A DNA stretch of 64,000 nucleotides from Candidatus Kryptoniota bacterium. Lineage in GTDB: Bacteria > Bacteroidota > Ignavibacteria > Kryptoniales > JAKASW01. The number at the start of each line of letters is the position of its first letter. Position 1 is the first letter of the stretch. The position numbers were made by a program, and so were the translations under genes. The stretch is from NCBI GenBank assembly GCA_036567965.1, contig DATCTN010000008.1, forward strand, positions 68,175-132,174, read 5' to 3'. This document shows positions 57,689 to 64,000 of this stretch, piece after piece. The notes under the pieces are model-generated. The model did no database searches and was not told the origin of the DNA. It was given only the letters and a program-made list of their open reading frames with translations.

Positions 57689-60067
57689 TTACAGGATACT
57701 GCTGATTCCTATCGAGAAGTAAAGGTCGTTCGGTTTGCTGAGTCGCCATGTGAAATCCGCTCTGATCAGTCCGAGTATCCTGCCAATTCCCAGGCCGGCC
57801 TCGTAGTACCACCCGTTTGTGGTCGGGATGCCATTCAGCCACGACTTGGCTATCGAACCGTCGACCAGCATCTCCAATCCGCTTTCATAAAGAAATGGTA
57901 CGCCGAGCGCGAGGAACGGGACGTTTCTGAGATTTTGTTCGGCCGATAACATGACATACCTATCGCCAACATATTCGGTAGGATGGGCGGTTTTGAGCAC
58001 GCCGAACGGCGCAATCCCTCCTAGCTGAGAATCAAGCACGAAGTCCCTTTGCGGCGGAAGATTTCCCGTCGACATTCCGCCGGAGAACATCAACTGCAAC
58101 TCAGGAGGAAGGAGATAGCTGCTCAGAAAAGTGACAAAGCGGTAGGATGCTGTAAGCCTGTATCGGCCGAACCAGAAATCACTTTTCAGAATCGACGGTG
58201 ATGAGTATTCACCGGAAAGTTCGACTGCGTCGACCGGTATAATTCCAAGAGGGATCTTTGCGTCTCCGTAACGGATGTCAAAGCCGAAACTGCGCAGCGT
58301 GCCCTCCTCGATCGGCGGGTTGGGCCGGTACTTGTGGCCGAATGACAGAATGCTGAACGAAGTATGGTCGATGACGCTGCTTTCATCTTCGGACGTGAAC
58401 GTCAGTCCGGCAACAAGTCTTTTGACCGGGCTGATCACAACGTTTCCCTGCCAGCCTCTAGCCATGTAATAGTTGTAGTAATCGTCAGTCCCGATTAGAG
58501 AAGTCAGCGTAGTCGCCAGCGGTGAGAAGAATTCATCATCGGGAAAATGTTTGATATCGTGGTACACGTCCGCCCCGATGTCAATCGTGGTTTTTTCGCC
58601 GAACGGGTAACCTCCGCCGAGCCGCCATTTGAAGGTCTTATCGGATATTCCATATCCCGCCGCTACATCGGCACGCCAGCCCCTGTTTTCGTTCAGGACA
58701 GCTGTCCCTTCGCTTGACACCGTCAGGCCGGTCCTTTTTCCACCCGAGAAGTACGTGTAAGTTCCGCCAAGAAATAGTCCTTCAACCCTGTCAAATCGCA
58801 AATCAACGTATTTCAGAAACGACAGCGGGCTGTCCTTTCCGAGGAGTGTCGCGGCCGCACCTGTCGCCTTGAACAGTTTCTCGAGTGTTTGCGTGCTGTC
58901 GAGAGTTCTGTAAGCTTTTTGTTCCGAGCCAGAGAGAGCGAGGACTTCATGCGTGCCCCAGAATGTGGAATCGTACTTCGTCGCCGATGAGTCGACGACT
59001 ACCAGGGGCTTGTTAAATACTGTGTCCGGGATTTGACTGTTCAACCTGTAATCATATATAACCGAAGTCTGGTCAAATGAGATTCGCGGTATCTTCAGTC
59101 CGAGGAAACTTATAGTGCCACCGAAATTTACCACAATGTCTGTCGGCATCCAGAATTTGTCCTCGTAAATTGAGTACCTCTGTCCAAATTGCATTTTGAG
59201 ATCTCTTATCAGAGGTATGTTGAGGACATCGTTTGGTTTCAAATCGATACCGATGACCGCGAAAGACGAATCCGCCACAGAAATCGTTCCGGAAAAAAGT
59301 GGAATGAGTCTCGAATCGGGAATTACCTTTATTTCAAATACCCCGACTCCATCCTTTCTGAAGGTTCTCAGCAGTTTATATTTGTAATAATCCAGCGCAT
59401 CCACGGCGACGGGTCCGACGAACTTATAACCGATTACGTCGACGACATCGTCCGTAAAATTTGTTATGTCTCCCACTGACGCGACCAGATTCATTTCCGG
59501 AAGATTTTTGGTTTCTCTTTTTTGAGTAACCACCTCGTGGAGAGAATCGCCATCACGCCAGTAGCCTGTCGTATACGATTCGGTAATCGCGGCAACGGAG
59601 GTATCTCTGTAGAACACCAGGCGAGTGAATCCCTTAAACTCATATGAGTGAAGGAGCTTTGACCAATAGTGCTTGTTGGCGATCGCTTTTCTGATAATCG
59701 CATAAGCCGGATCTTCCGCGACGGAGACTACTTCCGGAAGGATTATGTCGGCAGGTTCGAGACTCGTGTTCTTGTTGATGTTGCCCGTGAGCGAGATACC
59801 GACGGAGTCGGTGCGATATCCCACGTAGCTGAAAATGAGAACGTAATCACCGTCAGGAAGGGAAATAAGATACGATCCGTCCAGGTTGGCGATGGTTCCG
59901 CGTGTGGATCCGGCAACTCGCACGTTTGCCGAGGGAAGTCCCTCACCCGTTTTCGAGTCGGCCACACGACCTCTTATTGTGTGAACGGACTGTGCCCACC
60001 CGAACGGCGTCGACGCGATAACTGCTGCGATGAAGAAGAGAATACTTCTATACTTACGATCGATCAT
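57689..60067 (-). CDS. DUF5686-type outer-membrane protein with an N-terminal carboxypeptidase-regulatory-like domain
   Basis: 792 aa. Signal peptide, then IRGRVADSKTGEGLPSANVRVAGSTRGTIANLDGSYLISLPDGDYVLIFSYVGYRT (CarboxypepD_reg) and a beta-rich C-terminal region. Confidence 0.7.
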   Translation of the reverse strand: MIDRKYRSILFFIAAVIASTPFGWAQSVHTIRGRVADSKTGEGLPSANVRVAGSTRGTIANLDGSYLISLPDGDYVLIFSYVGYRTDSVGISLTGNINKNTSLEPADIILPEVVSVAEDPAYAIIRKAIANKHYWSKLLHSYEFKGFTRLVFYRDTSVAAITESYTTGYWRDGDSLHEVVTQKRETKNLPEMNLVASVGDITNFTDDVVDVIGYKFVGPVAVDALDYYKYKLLRTFRKDGVGVFEIKVIPDSRLIPLFSGTISVADSSFAVIGIDLKPNDVLNIPLIRDLKMQFGQRYSIYEDKFWMPTDIVVNFGGTISFLGLKIPRISFDQTSVIYDYRLNSQIPDTVFNKPLVVVDSSATKYDSTFWGTHEVLALSGSEQKAYRTLDSTQTLEKLFKATGAAATLLGKDSPLSFLKYVDLRFDRVEGLFLGGTYTYFSGGKRTGLTVSSEGTAVLNENRGWRADVAAGYGISDKTFKWRLGGGYPFGEKTTIDIGADVYHDIKHFPDDEFFSPLATTLTSLIGTDDYYNYYMARGWQGNVVISPVKRLVAGLTFTSEDESSVIDHTSFSILSFGHKYRPNPPIEEGTLRSFGFDIRYGDAKIPLGIIPVDAVELSGEYSSPSILKSDFWFGRYRLTASYRFVTFLSSYLLPPELQLMFSGGMSTGNLPPQRDFVLDSQLGGIAPFGVLKTAHPTEYVGDRYVMLSAEQNLRNVPFLALGVPFLYESGLEMLVDGSIAKSWLNGIPTTNGWYYEAGLGIGRILGLIRADFTWRLSKPNDLYFSIGISSIL

Positions 60068-60190
60068 TCCTATTCAACTGCTTTGGTTCCTGTCGTGGAA
60101 TCGCCGAGAAGAGAAGACTTCGCCGCGAATTCCACTGCGCGAATTCTGTATCAGCTCCCCTGAATCACATTTCAACGTAAGAATTATGTT

Positions 60191-62938
60191 TCATTTATTC
60201 AAAACCGAAAGCTCCGGCGCGCACGAGGGGCTCGACACGTAGTTCACCATACGCGCAAACAGCGATCTGCTGTAGGGATCCCGTTCAAATGCACCCGCGA
60301 TCGGAAGCGTGCAGAGAATTAATTTCCCTTTACCCACCCGCATCTGGAGAACATAAGCGGCATTAAGATGGATCCAACCGATATACATCCCCGCAAAGAC
60401 ATCCCCGAATTCCTGGCTTGACAGTCCGGCGATGATAATCCGCGGTGGTACGTCAGCAGATTCGAATCCAAGATGCCTGGCAAAACTGAGACCCGCGAAC
60501 GGCCCATTTTCCGCACGGACCCAGTTCATATTTGAGGCCCAGTTACCGTCGTAACCACCCGTGTCCCTGACGCCGAGCCGGAACGGGAAGAAGGGCGGTA
60601 TACGTGTGGAGTCGTCGACAAGGCAAACTACACTTGCGCCTTCCTCAAGGTCCCCCACGACTATGGAATCGAGAACGCTCGTGATCATAACCCGTCCGCT
60701 CACATCGGAATCCGCAGGAGGAATCTCTCTTTCCAACTTGCCGAGAGAAGAATCCGGATCATATATACGGGCTTTCAGGTTCGATATGCCGGCGTCGGGG
60801 TACACAAAAATGCCCGCGGAATTTCTCGCGACCACAGCTCTCGAGGAGTTCTTGAGCTGGAAACTTAATTCAATTTTCAGGGGAGAAACTACTTCAGGGA
60901 GTCGAAGCACGAGCGGCGCAAGCTCGGTCACGCCCGAGTTCGCAATATCCGGAACTGGAATACTCCCGCGTCCGTCTGTCCCGGCCTGCCACTCGAGCAT
61001 TCCTCCGGCAAGACTTTGAGCGCTGTAATGAGAAACCCAGAGACGCACCGTCATCGTTTCTCGTGACTTAAAATTATACTTGTCGGGCCGCGAAATTATG
61101 ACGTCCTGTTTCTGGATGTCGCCGATTTCCTTCGAGTAGATTTTCGGATTGCGCCACATATCCATCAGCCCGTTGCATTCCCAATTGATGTCCGTGAATT
61201 CCGTGATGACATAGCCCTGTATGCTGGATTGGAGTCGAATTTCCTCTATCTCATATTTGAGAGCATCGAATTGCGCCCACTGGCTTTCGACGGCAAGGCT
61301 GTCGTAGTCTTGAAATGTCTGATCGAGTTTATACTCATGAAATCTCTCGCGCACTCCCTCAGGCTCGACGTAGCCCCAGCCGAACGGCCTGCGGAGCCAC
61401 CATGGAAGGTCGTCCGGAATTTTCGGCAGACCCCAGTTCCCAAATTCGGAAATCATGAGAGGCTCCTGTCCGGAGGGCCGGGCATCACCATGCCGGCTGA
61501 AAAGCCAGTTCGGTCTCGACGCGACATCTATGACCGTATTGTTGAAGTTCTTCCTGTTCTCCGGGATAGCCCAATAGGTGTGCCAGTCGGCAATGTCCGA
61601 CTTCATATGGAAATTGTCACAGCATGCACTGTTATCCTCTATCAGCCTGCCGGTCGCTTTCGACTTCGCGTAATCGTATGTGTTCCTGAGCCATTCTCTC
61701 TCGGTGGAATCCCTGAGATCTATGCCCCAGCTCTCATTGATGATGCTGATGATCACGACCGACGGGTGATTCCAATCGCGGTCCAGCATCCCGTCGAATG
61801 TCTCGATGCCGCGCTTCGCTGAAGCGGAAGTGAAATCGTCCCAGTTCGGAATTTCGTACCAGACGAGCATTCCTACTTCGTCGGCGGCCTGCAGGTAGCG
61901 CGGGTCGGGGACTTTTATGTGACAGCGAAGCAAATTCAGTCCAAGCATTTTCGCCTTGAGCATTTCGTCCCTGATGTACTCGAATGAAGGAGGAGTGTAA
62001 CCTGTTTCCGGATAAAAATCCTGGTCGAGCGCGCCCATCAAATAAATCGGTTTACCGTTCAAGTAGAATTTTCCATCGTTGGTAGTAAAGGATCTGAAAC
62101 CGAAACGCTCGACAGCAGTATCGCCGTCGACGAGGACAAGTCGGATGGTATAAAGGTTGGGTGAGTCGACGCCCCAGAGGAGCGGGCTCTTCAATTCGAA
62201 ACTGAATCGAAACGAGTCCGTTCCGGACGCGATCGGCTTCACGAATCTTGCCACTTCTTTTTGGGATGGATCGAAAATCGAAATCGCACATTTCTCTTCA
62301 CGTGCCGTCTGCGGAAGCGCGCTCAGCATTCCATCGACAGAAACTCCTCCATCGACGGACGGAGTGACGTGCACTTCTTCGAAATATAAAGCTGGTTTCA
62401 CATCGACAAAAACACTCTGCCAGAGTCCGCTGGTTTGAACATACCAACTTTGTTTGCCGTGAGGAATCTGAGAATAAATTATCCCCTCGGTGCCGTCCTT
62501 CGAAGTTGACGGATCCATGACACGGACCACAACATTGTTCGTTCCCGCATCAATGAGTTTTGTTATGTCGATATCAAAGGGGAGGTACCCGCCTTCATGT
62601 TCACCCGCAGGTTTCCCGTTAACGAACACTTTTGCAAGATAGTCGACTGCTCCGAAATGAAGGATCGCCGCCTCGTCTTTCTTCAGTTTGGGGAGATCGA
62701 ATTCCTTTTCGTACCACGCAACGCCCTGATAGCTGCGCAAATCTGAGAACTGTTCCTGCCACGAGAGTGGGACCAATGCATCGCGCCAGTACGCCGAAGT
62801 GCTGACGCTGTCGATCGTAAACACGCCCGATGAATCAACTGCAAATTTCCAGTGACCGTCGAGGGATATTGTTGTTGCACTATACCCGGGCGACACTGCC
62901 GATGCTAAAGCAAAGAGAACGAAGAAAGTCTGTTTCAT
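60191..62938 (-). CDS. Glycoside hydrolase family 2 protein (secreted)
   Basis: 915 aa. Signal peptide, GH2 sugar-binding N-domain (LDGHWKF...LHFGAVDYLAKVFVNGKPAGEHEGGYLPFDIDIT), and a TIM-barrel with NHPSVVIISIINESWG (acid/base NE). Confidence 0.85.
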   Translation of the reverse strand: MKQTFFVLFALASAVSPGYSATTISLDGHWKFAVDSSGVFTIDSVSTSAYWRDALVPLSWQEQFSDLRSYQGVAWYEKEFDLPKLKKDEAAILHFGAVDYLAKVFVNGKPAGEHEGGYLPFDIDITKLIDAGTNNVVVRVMDPSTSKDGTEGIIYSQIPHGKQSWYVQTSGLWQSVFVDVKPALYFEEVHVTPSVDGGVSVDGMLSALPQTAREEKCAISIFDPSQKEVARFVKPIASGTDSFRFSFELKSPLLWGVDSPNLYTIRLVLVDGDTAVERFGFRSFTTNDGKFYLNGKPIYLMGALDQDFYPETGYTPPSFEYIRDEMLKAKMLGLNLLRCHIKVPDPRYLQAADEVGMLVWYEIPNWDDFTSASAKRGIETFDGMLDRDWNHPSVVIISIINESWGIDLRDSTEREWLRNTYDYAKSKATGRLIEDNSACCDNFHMKSDIADWHTYWAIPENRKNFNNTVIDVASRPNWLFSRHGDARPSGQEPLMISEFGNWGLPKIPDDLPWWLRRPFGWGYVEPEGVRERFHEYKLDQTFQDYDSLAVESQWAQFDALKYEIEEIRLQSSIQGYVITEFTDINWECNGLMDMWRNPKIYSKEIGDIQKQDVIISRPDKYNFKSRETMTVRLWVSHYSAQSLAGGMLEWQAGTDGRGSIPVPDIANSGVTELAPLVLRLPEVVSPLKIELSFQLKNSSRAVVARNSAGIFVYPDAGISNLKARIYDPDSSLGKLEREIPPADSDVSGRVMITSVLDSIVVGDLEEGASVVCLVDDSTRIPPFFPFRLGVRDTGGYDGNWASNMNWVRAENGPFAGLSFARHLGFESADVPPRIIIAGLSSQEFGDVFAGMYIGWIHLNAAYVLQMRVGKGKLILCTLPIAGAFERDPYSRSLFARMVNYVSSPSCAPELSVLNK

Positions 62939-63098
62939 TTGAGATGCCTTTTAAGGATACAAATTCGAGGGAGAAATCCCTGTGATCGGAATAATTTAAT
63001 CATGAAACCCTGAAGCAGCCAAATCTCGCCCGGAGATCTGACCGCTTGAAACCGATTATGGAACATGCTGTTGCTAATAAACAAAATCGGAGTAGACG

Positions 63099-63695
63099 AT
63101 GAAGATTATTCTGGTAGGAGCTACTGGGTTGATCGGGAGTGAAATACTCAAATCTCTTTCGCCGAGGCACGATGTCATCATAGTTTCTCACGCGCGAGAT
63201 TCCGATCTGCAGGTCGACATCGGCTCGAAGAGTTCCATCGAAGCGATGATTAAGAAAGTCGGCAGGTTCGACGCATTGGTGAGTGCCGCTGGAAATGCGG
63301 CGTTCGGAAAATTCGAGAAACTTAACGATGAAGATTTCCATCTGGGGTTGATGAACAAGCTCATGGGCCAGGTAAACCTGGTTCGGCTTGGAGTGAGTCA
63401 TATCAACGATAACGGCTCATTCACATTGACAGCCGGGACCTTGAGCAGACATCCGATACCGGGGAGCGCCGCGATAAGCATTGTGAATGCCGGACTAGAA
63501 GGTTTCGTTCGCGCCGCAGCGCTCGAGCTTAAGCACGGAGTGAGAATAAATGTGGTCAGCCCGCCGTTCGCTACGGAAACATTGAAGAAGCTCGACATGG
63601 ACACCTCCACCGGAATACCCGTCGCAAAATTCGCCGCCGCATATGTGGAAAGCGTCGAAGGAAAGAAAAACGGAGAAGTGATAGAAATAGAATGA
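63099..63695 (+). CDS. Short-chain dehydrogenase/reductase (short, atypical SDR)
   Basis: 198 aa. MKIILVGATGLIGS Rossmann motif and an SDR-like core. Confidence 0.75.
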   Translation: MKIILVGATGLIGSEILKSLSPRHDVIIVSHARDSDLQVDIGSKSSIEAMIKKVGRFDALVSAAGNAAFGKFEKLNDEDFHLGLMNKLMGQVNLVRLGVSHINDNGSFTLTAGTLSRHPIPGSAAISIVNAGLEGFVRAAALELKHGVRINVVSPPFATETLKKLDMDTSTGIPVAKFAAAYVESVEGKKNGEVIEIE

Positions 63696-63854
63696 CCTGG
63701 TGTGCGCGGTATTTGCACTGAGCGCAACTTCGATTTTAGAAAATTAAGAATGGAGCGAGGCGCTTCGCATCACGACTTGACGGTAGTGGGCTTCTTCGAC
63801 GCTACTGAAATGTCCCATCGTTGAATACTCAACCGCGTTCAAAACAAACACAAT

Positions 63855-63934
63855 TGTCATTCCCGAACGCTCCTATCGGGAATCCAGAGCGGAAATGGAA
63901 ACAGATTCCCGCTAAAAGCACGCGGGAATGACAG
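63855..63934. repeat. Tandem pair of ATTCCCG-N9-CGGGAAT hairpins nested in an outer GTCATTCCC...GGGAATGAC inverted repeat (REP/MITE-like element)
   Basis: Hairpin 1 is ATTCCCGA (63859-63866) paired with TCGGGAAT (63876-63883). Hairpin 2 is ATTCCCGC (63905-63912) paired with GCGGGAAT (63922-63929). Non-coding region near the window edge. Confidence 0.5.
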
Positions 63935-64000
63935 TGAGAGAATTTGTCGATATCACACCTCTTTGAAAGTAGCCCACACCGACTTGACGCGAAATTTGCC

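Noticed and set aside
1-64000. Scan for CRISPR arrays, rRNA/tRNA genes, IS elements, toxin-antitoxin pairs and known defence-system signatures
   Set aside because: I could see no regularly spaced direct repeats, no GGTTCGAATCC-type T-arm contexts in intergenic regions, and no transposase-like, nuclease/ATPase defence-like or phage-like ORFs. A tRNAscan/Infernal/PADLOC run would be needed for certainty.

Overview
Dense, apparently chromosomal 64-kb segment at roughly 50% GC by eye, with about 57 protein-coding genes. By eye I found no rRNA, tRNA, CRISPR array, transposase or prophage genes. Many genes have GGAG-type ribosome-binding sites. Gene content (DUF5686 outer-membrane protein, TatT-type TRAP transporter, LytR_C protein) suggests an uncultured FCB-group (Ignavibacteria/Bacteroidota-like) anaerobe, but this is inference only.

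Layout, left to right:
- Start of the dcw cluster on the minus strand (mraZ-rsmH-ftsL-ftsI, with ftsI running off the left edge), and a divergent lexA-like gene.
- acs, then a group 3b-type [NiFe]-hydrogenase operon (beta, a cNMP-domain protein, gamma, delta, alpha, maturation protease).
- Housekeeping genes (argS, rsfS), an orphan 232-aa ORF, and larB-larE.
- A roughly 16-kb polysaccharide biosynthesis locus (19.2-35.1 kb) in three transcription blocks.
- arfB, amtB with a small zinc-finger gene, and a type III PKS + ICMT-methyltransferase pair.
- typA, a TatT-DctPQM TRAP transporter, pfkA, a PgpH-like 7TM-HD protein and xerD.
- lysC-lysA-asd, an MFS transporter, the DUF5686 protein, a GH2 glycosidase and an SDR.

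I do not see an unmistakable new multi-gene system. The observations most worth follow-up are:
1. The orphan ORF at 16637-17335, whose N-terminus and a second block look colinear with the N/L1 region of long prokaryotic Argonautes, with no room for MID-PIWI.
2. A LexA homologue that has lost the cleavage site and both catalytic residues, divergent from mraZ.
3. An array of TGGGGAA-type boxes in the mraZ leader.
4. The cNMP-domain gene embedded in the hydrogenase operon.
5. A 540-bp ORF-free, hairpin-rich intergenic region upstream of typA.

Several ORF-track starts were corrected using internal Met codons, ribosome-binding sites and upstream stop codons.
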